From Cenococcum geophilum (taxonomy: Eukaryota), in NCBI GenBank assembly GCA_050273025.1, contig CP158636.1, positions 11,346,001-11,410,000 on the forward strand: 64,000 nt of DNA. Reading direction: 5' to 3'. Position 1 is the first letter of the stretch. Every line of letters starts with the position of its first letter. The notes beneath the pieces were generated by a model, which saw nothing but the letters and a program-made list of their open reading frames with translations, was not told the DNA's origin and searched no databases. Shown in pieces: positions 12,870-25,000 of this stretch. Both the position numbers and the translations under genes were made by a program.

Positions 12870-13435
12870 AAACTACTTAGAGTTATTTCCTTTACTATAA
12901 AAAGAAAGTTAGTTTTCTTATTACTAAGTTCCTATAGACCTTATTTTATAAGTTTTTACTTCTTAAAATGGACCTTCTTATATACTTTCTTAAGACGGAT
13001 TAACTAAGTAGACGCAGTAAGATAAGAGTTAAGAGCTCGCTATTAAGTATTAGCAGCCTCTTTTTTAGCGTTATAAGAATAATAAAGTTTAGCTAGGGCT
13101 ATTAAGAGCTCGTTATTAAGCTTTATAGTAGTAAATTAAATATAAACCCTATAATAAATTACTTAGGGAACTTAGAGACTATTAAGAGTTATAGGATATA
13201 TATACTTAGCGTTAGAAATAAAGTAAACGTTATAAAATAAATAAATATTTGCTTTGGTGCACTCTAAATATAATAAGGGTTACTAAAAGGAAAGACTTGC
13301 TAATATAATATAAACTAACCCCTCTTTTATATAACGAGAATATAGAGATAGTATAATCTTACCTAATAATAATATTATAGTGACGGTATGAAACCGACGG
13401 GCTATTAAAGAAAAAGAAGTTACTTTAGGTATAAT
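12870..13435 (-). pseudogene. Antisense accessory ORF relic in the Gypsy A 3' UTR with a six-cysteine (Zn2Cys6-like) motif
   Basis: De-RIPed minus strand ~13345-13205 reads approximately PCSRCxKEGLVCxxLASPSxxQPSSCSECTKANxxSSCDVxSxSDAE. A homologous relic lies at ~4030-4170. Confidence 0.6.
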
Positions 13436-13540
13436 AAGTAATAATATTAACTAAATTAACTAAATAGATATTATACCTTTAGTAAACGACCTAGAGATAT
13501 TTAGGATCTTTAAGGACAAAAATAAAGAGAAGGGAGATAG

Positions 13541-13959
13541 TATTACGGACGCTTTAAGTATAATATTATAACTACTTAGAGAAAAGTTAGAAGAAGCTAG
13601 TTAGTTAATATAAGTACGGTTTAAAATAAGTCTAGTAAACTATATAACAAGAAATAGTAGTATAAGTTACGTAAGGTAATTTGTGTAATCTATATAATCT
13701 ATAGGATCTATAATAGAGTAGATAGAGTATACGTATATTACGTATAAGAAGGATTTTATAGGAGTATAGTTATGTATTTAAGGACCTTAGTTCCTACCTA
13801 GATAGTTCCTTCCTTTAGTAATTCTTAGAATATAATTAGAGTTAATCTATTAGGCAACCACTCTACCAGTTATTATTACGTTGTTAACTACTTGCAATAC
13901 CTATATACCTAGCCCATTAATAGAACCTATTGTAGTACTTACTATAAGGTTCCGTTACA
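13541..13959 (+). repeat. 3' LTR of Gypsy A
   Basis: Follows PPT AAAGAGAAGGGAGATAG; ends CCGTTACA. Confidence 0.93.
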
Positions 13960-14499
13960 CCCCTCCTATTTAAGTTATTTCTTTACCTTTAGGAAGCTAT
14001 TACCCATAGCTACTAATTAACAGGATCTGTAGAAATTACTACGCTAGTAATACTACCTGCTTTATTTTTTTAAAAAAATCTCCTTTCTAGAGTAATAGTA
14101 CCTAGTCCCTTATTACCGCAAGCCCCCTTATATTACTAGACAGGCCTTATATCTTATTATATTTTAGCTAGTAACCCTACTTAATTATATAGATATTTTC
14201 TCCCCGAAATTAGCTATATACTATTAGCCCTAAGTTACCTTAAGTTATAGAATTTATAACTTAGTCCCTATTAGTGTAGCTATAAATAGCTATAGGGGGC
14301 TATATTAGGCATTATTTAAACAGATATTATATAAAGTATCGCCTAGGTAGCTATATATACCTACCTAATAGTATAGTTATATTACTACGGATATTTTAGA
14401 GATACTGTTTAATCTACTAGTTTAAGGCTAAGGGGCTATTAGCTCTACCTAACTGCTTAATAGTAAAGTAGTAAAGAATTAATAATCTGGGCTCCTAAG

Positions 14500-14920
14500 C
14501 TATAGGGCTATAGTAGGAACTACCTAGATTAAAATTAAAAGGTTATAGCTTTTAGGCGTATAATAATTTAGCGGTATAACTATAAAGGAATCTCTAACGC
14601 CAGCCAGCTATATTAAAAAGGCGAGTATTTAGTAGCACCTTATACACTCTTTTATTTAGTATATTTATAGATATATATACGATTACTATATAAGCGGCAG
14701 GCGTATCTATTACTAGGCGGTTAGTATTAAAGAGCCCTATCCGTTACTAATAAGGGCACTACCTCCTTCTATTATAGAGAGCTTATAATACGCACGTATA
14801 AGTAAGGCTTTACCTATTAATATAAGCGGCGTAGAAGATAAGCTGGGTTGGTATTATTAGGAAGTAAATAAATATATTAGCACTGCCCTTTACTAAGGAA
14901 TAAGGGTAGAGAATTTGTAC
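14500..14920 (-). pseudogene. RIP-degraded ORF relic with Cys/His motifs, possibly DUF3505-like
   Basis: De-RIPed frame reads ...AHLLRRSH...PPSDGYACRLC.... Resemblance judged by eye only. Confidence 0.25.
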
Positions 14921-15429
14921 TATTAGCCCCCTAATAAGGGGCTAGATGCGATGGCTGTATTAAAGCTAAATATACTAGCTCGGATAGGCGGATATAGTTT
15001 AACCGCAATTTGCTAAGGGTGTTAATTAGGTGCTAGGATTTAAGCCCTTATAAACCTTACCCTATAAATAGTAATTAACCCTAGTTTATACTAAAGGCAT
15101 ATATATTAAATACTTTAATTTAATAAGAAACCTAAATAAGGGGTAAGGGGTAAGGGGTAATAGGTAAGAGCTAGTGGTAAAGGGAAGACTAATATACACT
15201 TAAAAAGACCTTTAATTCCCCCCTAAAGCTTTTAAAAGCTATAAAGCAATAGCAACTCCAATAATAATAATAAGATTAGCACCATCTTAATCTTTATTTT
15301 AAATCCCTCCTAAAATTTCGCTTAATAATAATAATTTCTATACTAATCCCCCTAAAAAATCAATAGCTTTATCTTAGCACTATATAATTACAGCTCCTAA
15401 AAAAAGCGTAAGTAGTAAGCCTAAAAGGA

Positions 15430-16950
15430 GGAGCAGGGGAGTACCTCTTTTCCCCTTATAAAGTTAAGAAGCATTATAAGCTTAGGTAATTAATAGCATA
15501 TTATTCTACCTAGGATCTTAGTTTAGAGATTCTCTCTAATAAAGCGCCTATAAACCGTATATATAATTACAAGAAGGCTTATAATAAGTATTATAAAGAT
15601 AATAAGGACAACGAGGATAATAAGGAAGATTTCTATAGGGATAGAAATAACAGTTAAGTCGCTAAAGGAAGTAGTTAGTAATTATCCCAACAATTACCCT
15701 ACCGCTTTCCCTCTTTCCCTACTGGTTCTAAATATATAGTTTTAATAACTAGTAGTAAATCTAATAGTTATTAAAGACAATATAGTTAATCTAGACTTAG
15801 AAGCTAAAGGTAATAAAGCTAATAATACTAATAATAAAGCTAATAAAGCTAGCGAAGCCGATAATTAACTAATACCTTATAGATTAGGTATACGCTTCCC
15901 CTTTTAATTTATAATAGCCTTATCTAATAATTAGTAGATAATAGGAATAATAGTAGTAATAAGGACAATAAAGATAATAAGGAGCTGCCTCTATTAGAAG
16001 TGCTAAAAGAGGAGGTAGGCGCATCTATATATAATTATACTATACCCTTAACGCCAGACGGCGACTAGATAGATAATTTAGTAAAGGGGCGTCGCATTAA
16101 AACTGTTCCGCAATTCTAGTAGGAGCTTAAAATATTAGTTACTACTAGTTAAGGGTCTTTAGGAGCCTAAAAGTTAAAAAAGCGGAGGTTTAATTATATT
16201 AAATAACTAGATAATATTAATATTGCCTCTAATACTTCTATTAGTAAGAGTAGTAAAAGCCTATAACCTAGAAAGTAATAAAGCTTACTAGCTCCCCGGA
16301 AGACTTTACCTCCTAGCCCTTCTACCCTTAGCTTTAATAATAGTAATAAACATATTAAGGAGCGAGCGGCCTTCGCTATATAATCTACTAGCCCTTCCCT
16401 TTAGTAATCTTTATCTTCTTATAATATTAGATTAGATATTAAATTACTATAAAATAAAATAATTAATAATTATAATTAAATTCTGGACGATCTTATTAAT
16501 AGCCTAGCTAAAGAATATAATTATAGTAATAACGCTAAGGACGGCGAGGTTATAGATAAAGGCAATACTAAGAACTGCAACTACAGAAGCGATGACAGTG
16601 GCGATACGGATAATAACAACGCTAGGGACGGCGATAGCAGCGATAGCGATAGCAGCGATAGTAATAGCAGCGATAGTAATAAGGGTAATAAGGCCTATAG
16701 GTATATAGGGCAATAAGGATCACTAGTACCTATTAGTGGTAAATTAAAACTAAAGCGTACTATAAAGTATTGTCTTTAGCAATCTTATCCTTTTTCTTTA
16801 ATTCTATCTATACGCACGTCTAACTAAAGTATTATACTTAGCAGCAATTATTATAAGTAGGCTAGATCCCCTATATATGATCGCCTTTATGCCTAAAAGC
16901 CACTATTAAACTTAGCCCCTAACTTTAACTCTAGTAAAGTAATATTAAAA
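15430..16950 (+). pseudogene. RIP-degraded ORF relic rich in acidic/Ser low-complexity tracts; product unknown
   Basis: GAT/GAC/GAG/AGC-type codon runs at ~15590-15630, ~15950-15985 and 16520-16720 (GCGATAGCA repeats). Confidence 0.35.
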
Positions 16951-16952
16951 GC

Positions 16953-17110
16953 TGTTACGGCACTGATATAGACCCTAGTCAGGGGCTCGGCCGAGCCTTG
17001 GCGCCATGTATATAGACGTGTCCTTTCCTCGACCTTCTTCCAGACCTCGTCTTAGAATTCTCGTTTACTGGCTACCAATAGATTCTTGTTCTTTTGACTG
17101 AGCCTTCACA
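16953..17110 (+). mobile_element. Solo LTR (158 bp)
   Basis: TGTTAC...TCACA, GC-richer than flanks, TATATA box followed by a pyrimidine tract; near-TSD AAAGC/TAAGC. Confidence 0.7.
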
Positions 17111-18639
17111 TAAGCCGTCTTAAATACTAATTTAAAAAAATAGTTAATTTAAGTAGCTCTTAGGTGCTAAGAAAACGGGTTATATATACTAGATATCCTT
17201 CCTTAATAATTTTCTTTACCTTTTAACCTAGTTAAATAGCCCTAGGACTTAAAGCCCTAGGAGGTAAAGTTTAAAGTAAAATTCACTAAAAAGGAAGACG
17301 CGCTACTTATTAAATTAAAGAAAAAATATAATCTTCTATAGGAATTGATTAAAAACCACTTTTTAAAGAGAACTCTCGGATTACTATAGGCGCATTATTA
17401 TTTAAAATTAAAAGCCTAGCCTACTATATAAAAGAAAAGGGGCCAGCCTACTAGGTAAAAGAGACGGTAATAATAGTAGGGCCCTATAGCGCATTTTTTA
17501 TAACGTCTTATAATTTCCCGTTATTAGCCTATTTTCTTAGCACCATAATTATAAGGCGGTTACGGCTTTAGCATATATTACAAGCCTAAAAGGCGTAAAG
17601 GTATGGGCTTAGTGAGTTTTTATATAAGCTTCTAACTGTTTACCAGAACTAGGGTCCTATTAATTTAAAGTATTTAAGGCGGAATAGGAATTTAATATTA
17701 GTGTTTTAGGAGGTATAAGTTTAAGATAATATACTAGGTCCTAGGCGGGTCCGGTTATACAGTAATATATATTATAGGGTAGGGCTAATATCTAGGTTAA
17801 CGTAAACTACAATATCCCCGCTTTTTAGTGGCTTTATAATAGTAGGTCCTACGGAGATAGGAAGCTAGGGTTTACATTTAATAGTCCAATTATTTAAGTG
17901 CATTTTCTTAAGGCGGTATTACTATATACAGGCGTTTTTATTTAAATTTTACTACTAACACATCTGTATTATATATCTTTAATTAAAACGGAGCCTTATA
18001 AGCTATAAGACTTATTATATTACTAGGCATTATAATACCTATAACTATTTATTTATATTACACTAAAGCTAAAATACTAATCCTCTCTTTTACTACTAAT
18101 ACACTTAAAAGAATTCATTAAGTTATAAACTTCTTTATACTTAAAATATGCCAATTTACTAAGATTATAGTAGAATATAAAGAGTACTAGAAGAAACTAA
18201 GATATTCCTTAAAGATAAATCGCATTGTCCCTTACCTTAGTACTATTACGCTAGGTAGGTAAGTATATCTTAACCTAATACCTATAACATAAAGTACGGC
18301 GTGGTTTAGGAGCTTATTAGCAAGCGGAAAGTATCTAGTATATCTAAAATAAAAAATAGTTAGTATATTATACTATATATAAGGATAGTAAGACTAATAG
18401 ACTTATAAGTATAAAACTTACCTTTATTAACGCTAATAATACCTAAGAAATAGGTAGAGTATAAATCTAAATAGAGAAGCCTTTAGATTTTTAAGTAAAG
18501 GATAAAATATCATAAATATTAAAAGGAAAACCTTAAGAGTATAAAGGAAATGCCGCGGCGCTACTACTAAAGATAGATTCCATAAACCTATAAATAAGTT
18601 TAAATAGTTTAAAAAAATTCTAGTTTTATAAACATACCT

Positions 18640-19400
18640 TACTTATCTATTTCTTTAATAACGCCATCTATATAGTTATATTTACCGTTTTAATAGCCTC
18701 TAATAATAACTCTAAAGGCCCCTAAGGACTTTAATTCGGGAAATATTCCTTATTTATAATAATCCTTTATATTATTATTAGAAAGTTTATAAAAGGTAAT
18801 ATAATATATTAAGATATAATAATAAGCCAATCTAAAGGTAAAAATTTTGTTCTTTTAAGGCGTACTAAAATATAAAGGTTAGGCTTAAACGGAGTATAAA
18901 GCGAGAAGAGGGGACCCATTAATTAATAAACTAGTAAAGTTAATTAGCTTTACGTTTAAATATTTATCTAAAAGAATATTATAATACAAAATATTACTAT
19001 ATATAACACCTCTAGAGTAAATATATTTAAGAATATCTATAAGCTATAAAATCTAACGCATTTATAAAGTTTAATTAATATTATTACTTCTATTCTAAAG
19101 AAACCTATAAAGCTAGCCGTTTAAACCGCGTTCTAAATATATCGCCATATAGTTATCCTTTTAGAAAAGTTTACTGCTATAATATTATAAGAGTCTATTA
19201 TATTAACCGAGTCTTTTATAAATCTCCTTTTCAACTTTAATAAAGCATTAAGAATTTATATTATTTAGAGCTTTAATAACCTTATTTTAAAGTTTATCGC
19301 AATATATAGTGCCTAAAACTCCTTAGCTAATAAGATTCTTATAGCTATAGCTAGGGGGTAGTACTATAATAAGGTCTATAAGTGTTAAAGTAATAGTTAA
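18640..19400 (-). pseudogene. Protein kinase pseudogene (RIP-inactivated)
   Basis: De-RIPed: Gly loop GxGVSGTVY, VIKA, EKEIYERLG, YIHSRGVIHGDISCHNILLD..LDVKLIDFAGSSIDG (~18915-19030), EIFAFGS, FPEL..LG..IRGCWNG.Y. Confidence 0.85.
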
Positions 19401-20029
19401 TATTAAATATATAAAGAGCTTTAAAGGGGCCGGTGTCTAGCTAACTAATCTATTATTCGCCCTATATTTTAGACACTATTTTTAAATAAGATTAGTCTTT
19501 ATAGCAGATACACTAACCCTATACTCTATAATAAGATAAATATAAAAAGGGGTAATAACTTCTAGTGAAAAAGACGGCAATAATTATAGTGTGCCCTTCT
19601 TTTTAGCCTAGGGATTTTTTTTAGCTTTAGGTTCCACTTCTAGCTTATTCTATTATAGCGCATTTTCTATAACTAAAAATTATTACTAAATATAGCTATA
19701 TACTAGCTAAGGCTATAGTTATTAAATATACTAGGCTATACTACTAACTATATAATTACTATAGCTAAATATAAAGCCGGGTCTAGTATATAATAAGAAC
19801 TTACCAATATAAAAAGGAAGTAGATCTCTAAAAGGTTAAGGTATACAGAAAACAATTACATTAATTAGCAGAAAGAAGAGTTAGCCAATCTATAAAATTT
19901 TATATCTACTATATTATTAAGAACTATAAACCTACTAATTAATCTATATACTAGAGTTAGACTACCTCTAAATTAATCTTTACTTATCCTTTAATATTAA
20001 ATTAAAGGACTGCTTATACCACTACACTA

Positions 20030-20780
20030 GTCTATAAATTTTAGACCATTACTTTCGCACTCTAAAAGCAGTTAAACTATTATAGCATCCCTATATACTT
20101 TAGCTATAGATAATAGCATTCTACTTAAGGAGTCCCTTAAGTTAATATTAACACCCCTATACTTAACTAAAAATTATACTACTATATTATACTTATAATT
20201 AATAGCCTATAATAGTAGTGTCTGACTAAAGCAGTCTCTTATATTAATATAAACATTTTTATATTCTAGAAGTAGTTAAACTATATCTTTATACCTCTTT
20301 TCTACGGCTAATAATAGTAGTATCTGGCCGTTTTCTTACTTATAGTTTATATTAACACTTTCTAAAAGTAGCTATACTACTACCGTCCGCCTAAACCTTA
20401 TAGCGTATAATAGCTTATAGGAAAAGTCCTTTAGGTTAAGACTACTAAGTCTACTTCTAAGTAATAGCCGTACTACTAATTCATGTCCGTTTCTTACTAC
20501 CTATAATAAATCCGCACGCCTATAGTATTAATATTAAGTCACTACTCTAATTTTGGCAGCATTAAGAGATTTTTAAGCAGTTATATCTTGTCCTTATTTT
20601 ACAGCCTATATTAATACTATACTATCCTCCCATTTAACGTTATGGTAATAAAGGTAAGAATTTAAAATACTATAAAGGCAGTTATTTATCTAGGTAAAAG
20701 CGTTAATATCTCCCTCCACTTATAGGTTCTTGGCTATTAATAATAATATTTCATTCGGCAGATTAAGCAGTAATATCCTT
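20030..20780 (-). pseudogene. F-box-like plus ankyrin-repeat protein pseudogene
   Basis: N-terminal LLNLPNEILLLIAKNL..EGDINAF, then ankyrin units VRNGHELVVRLLL, ENGQTPLxLAVEKGHKDIVQLLL and RDCFGQTPL (de-RIPed). Confidence 0.85.
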
Positions 20781-21878
20781 TATAACTATTTATTAGGACC
20801 GTAAGTAGTTATACTTAAGCGGTAAGAATACTTACTACTAAAGTGGAAAATCTAGCTAGGGCAATTACTATAGTTTAATTAAAGAACCTATTATATCCTT
20901 TAAAACTAAGGGTTAATTTTTCTAGAGAATAAATTTATATTAGCATAAATTAAAATTAAGATTCCTTAAGCGCTATAGCTTTAGGCGGCACGTCCTTAGC
21001 ATACCACCATTAACTACTTATTATTCCCGCTGACGCTATAGTACGCGCTAAGTATAAATCTAATTTAAGATTTCTAAATTTATTCTACGCGTACAAGATA
21101 TAAGTAGTAGTTATTAATAGTCCTTATATTCTAATTTGTAAACTCTTTATTCTAATCTTTACTCTTTTCCCTTATATGTCTTTTATAAGTTTAGAATATA
21201 TAGTAAGCTCTTATAATTCTTTAGTAACCTACCTAAACTTGATAAAATAGTATATAAGCCTATAAAGGATCCTTAAATGCCGGATTATACTACTCTATAG
21301 TCTAAAAGATAAAAGAGAAAGCATGCCATTAATTTAACAAATTCTTCGCTTCTTAAAATGTCACTAAAATTGTTACCTATTAGCATATCTTATTCTATAC
21401 CCCTTAAAGGTTCTTTATAGGCGTCGCCTATTAAGTAAATTCTATTCTTTCTAAAAGGCAAGGTAACTAGAACTTCTATACAATAATATAATACCCTAAA
21501 AATAACCCTATAGCTAATACTAAAATAGTTAAGCTATAGTAATATTATATTGGATAAACAGGGCCCTAATAGATCTCTAATAGGTAATACTTCTAAAGAA
21601 GATAGAATAAGACCTAGGACTAAAACAACTCTATTAAATAAGGGTAAAGTCTACGCACAAACTCTAGAAAAATAGTAATAACTTAGGTTTAGTAGACAAA
21701 GCAGTACATTATTTAAAAAAAAGCTAATAAGCTTAGCGGTCTAACTAAAGCTAAAATATTCATAATAGTGCGTTATAAGGGAAAGTACTTCGTTTATATT
21801 TTTAATAAGAGCTTATCCTAGCCGGAAAAGCTTCTATAAGTAAAAGATCTCCTTAGGAATTTTTTAATATATTATTAC

Positions 21879-22051
21879 TGTTAGTGTTATAGGGTAACTC
21901 ACCAATGCTACTTGAGTAGACATAGTAAATGTTAGTTATAAAGCTTATTGTTTAGAATTAGGGGGTGGGTAAGAAACCTAAGGTTCCTCACCACACTAGT
22001 GCCGCGGCGACACGTGACGACATATAACGACCGCTTACCTCATTCCCAACA
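21879..22051 (-). repeat. 3' LTR of Copia copy 2
   Basis: Direct repeat of 27865-28037; adjacent purine tract on the minus strand. Confidence 0.94.
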
Positions 22052-25000
22052 CTAGCAACTCTTCTTTTATAGTTGCCATCTATATATACTTATAGATTAC
22101 TACTATATAAAGATACAAAGCTAAGGAGAAAAAGAAGAAGAAATAAAGGGGAAGAGGTAGCGTAGGTAGATATACGGGTTCGTGCGAAGATGTTAGTTCC
22201 GCTTACCGCTCTTAGCCGAGCTAATGGCGATTTTTTATCCTGGGGATAGAAAATCCTAATTAGCTAGCTTAACAAATAGCGTTGGCAGAACTCTATACCA
22301 CTACCTAAATTAATTAGGCGTAGCGCTCTTGGCAAGAATCTAACTAATTAAATAACTTTAACCGGCGGTTAAAGTTCTATAAGATCTTAATTTCTCTAAA
22401 TTTCCCTCTTAACCTAACCTTTAACTCGTATATATAGAGTATTTATGTTAACGAACGTCTCTAGTGCCTTATTTAGGTTTACCTTTATTATTACATCTAC
22501 CGGGTTATTTTAGCCATTAATTTATTGGATTTTAAAGAGTTCTTAACGCTTATAGGACTGCTAAAGTGCCATAATATTAATTATAAGGCGCTTCTCCTTT
22601 ATAATACTAAGCTTAACTAAATACTTATAGAGGGAATATAAGTCGGTGTATATAATTATAGGGATAATAGGAAGTTCGAGTTAATCTATAATTATCTTAA
22701 GGGTAGTTCTAATTGTAATTGCTATATTAACTCTACTAACCATTCTATATATCTCTGACGCTAAAACGCTTTAAGTAATATATTTACTCTTAGTTAAGCT
22801 CTAATAGATAAGATTACCGTGGATTATAAAGTTATTCTCTCTAGTAGATTTGTTTACTATAATAATCTTATATCCTAGTTAGGAGCTAAAATCTTTATTA
22901 TTTATAAATAATCTATTAATAAACACAAATAGCTTAGCGGTAGGAAGATTAATAGGCATATAGAGTAGTCCCCGATTAAGATGGTTTATTTACTAAAAAA
23001 GACGCTTATTTAGGTTAAAAACATTATCCTTAGTTAGTTTCTAGTATTAGGCGGTAATAGAGAGATTAAAGGAAGCTTTAGGTTAATAGATAGAAGCCAC
23101 ATAAGCTCTGTAAGCATATTACTCTATATATCCTTACTTTGGAGAATTAACGTTAATAACGTTAATCTTCTTACCTTAACCTTTCTGGCGTAGGGTAATA
23201 GAATCCTTATTTAGGGAAATAATACATCCATTAAAGAGTAATAGTGTTATTAAATTAAGTCTTTCCTTTGGCTTTACTATAAGGTTTGCCTTTACTAGCT
23301 TATCTTCTTTAAGAGCTAAAAATTAGTTGTCTCCTAAGATGATTATATTATCTATTTATATACTAACAATTCCAAATAGAGTTCCCGTGGCTATAATAAG
23401 GAAGTAGGGATTGAATGTAGAAGTAGTTATTAAAAGCTTCTCTTTATAGTGCTTGCTATAAGTAGCCCACTAATAAGTTCCTACCTCTGCGATTCTATAT
23501 AGTGGCTTAAGTATAACTATAATCGTATCTTTGGGATATTGGTGGCGAATTTGCTCTAAAAGGTATGCTAGTATTAAGCGCTAAAGGCGTGTCTCTAATT
23601 AGGTATAGGCTTAGATAATATCTTATAAATAAACCGCTATTCTATTCTTTATTAAGGAGGGAGCTAGCGTAATAATAACTTGCTAACTAGCTTATTAAAT
23701 TATAGGGGATTGCGTAAGAATTACTTCCTTGCTATTATTATTATAACCTTAAATAACTAGCCTTAACTTCTTGAATAGGGTATTAGTAGCTTTACCTTTA
23801 ATCTTGTTAACTATTCTTAACCTAAATATGCGAACCCTATTGAACTTAGCAGGGTCATACTTCTTAAACTTAAAGACTCCTCTTACAATAAGACCGTTAA
23901 TCTCCTACTTATTAGATGCTTGGAAAGGAGCTCCTAAAGTTATAATACGGCCTTCCTTTTAGAGCTGTTTTACGAGCTTAAAGTTAGCCTTCTTTTTAGC
24001 TATTATAAAGGCTATTGATAGCTCAACTTTATTCTTAATGGCGGTAATAAGTTGCTCTTTGAAATTAATAAGGTGTTGGCGGTTTCGTGATCCCTTTGGG
24101 CGACCTCTACCGCGTCGTAGTTACGGCGTATCTACTATAGTTATATTAGGGTCGTAGTCGCCTTCTAGGGCACGTTAATTGTGGTTCTCCTCTAGGGTAT
24201 CTCCTGGGGTATCTTCTAGGGTATTCTGTAAAGGCTCAGAACTATTATCTTTATAGTAAGGCTTAATAACAGTTAAACGGAATTAAGTAGGTCTATAGGG
24301 TATCTAAAGAGTATAAGTCTAACTATTAATTATAATAAGTTTATATAGGCCTAACCATCCTCCCTTTTTACGCTATACGCGTATCTTAGATTGGAGTGGC
24401 AGATCGAGCGTAGTTAAGGTATTTAGGCTATTTCTTATTCCTAGTATATTATTGACCTAGCGCGTAGCGTAGAGACGTTGCACCTCCTTCGTTGCCTTGT
24501 GAATTGCCTTAGCTCGTTATATAATAGAGGGAGATAGTAGAGAATTATTAGTTATTTAAGGGTAGGCGCTAAAGACTAGCAATGTAGGTATAAGCCCATC
24601 TAGGCCAGCGGTATCGTTGATAGCCTTAACAGCTATTTATAGGATAAGCTTTTTACTAGCACCCTCTAGTTTTAAAGAAATAATCTTATATATGCGGCGT
24701 AATGGCGTATAGTATTATTCTACCTTTTTAATACTATTGTGTGCCTTAACGGGGACTTTCTTAACCTTAATTGTTATTACCTTTACCTATTATTAAAACT
24801 CTGCAGATAAGAAGTTCTTTCTTATATTATAAACAATTTAATTAGGGGGTCCTAGGTAAACATTAATCTAGTATAATTAAAGAGTATCCTATACGTTCCT
24901 AGCTAATATATCTTTTAAAAAGCGTGCGGCTTAAAAGAAGGTTAAGAAGTTAATAACTTAGAGTACTAGCTTGCCGCTAAGATATATAATATTAATAATA

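Larger units (their letters stand above)
5410..13959 (+). mobile_element. Ty3/Gypsy chromovirus-type LTR retrotransposon A, RIP-inactivated, with duplicated 5' LTR+leader
   Basis: Three ~420-bp LTR copies (5410-5830, 5930-6351, 13541-13959); near-TSD CACCT/CCCCT. Gag CCHC ~7400, protease VLIDSGA ~9530, RT ~10000-10700, RNase H ~10950, integrase ~11570-12500, chromodomain-like ~12640-12790, PPT before 13541. Confidence 0.93.

Noticed and set aside
16504..16713. Hydrophobic ORF that looks like a membrane peptide
   Set aside because: It is the antisense reading of an Asp/Ser low-complexity repeat.
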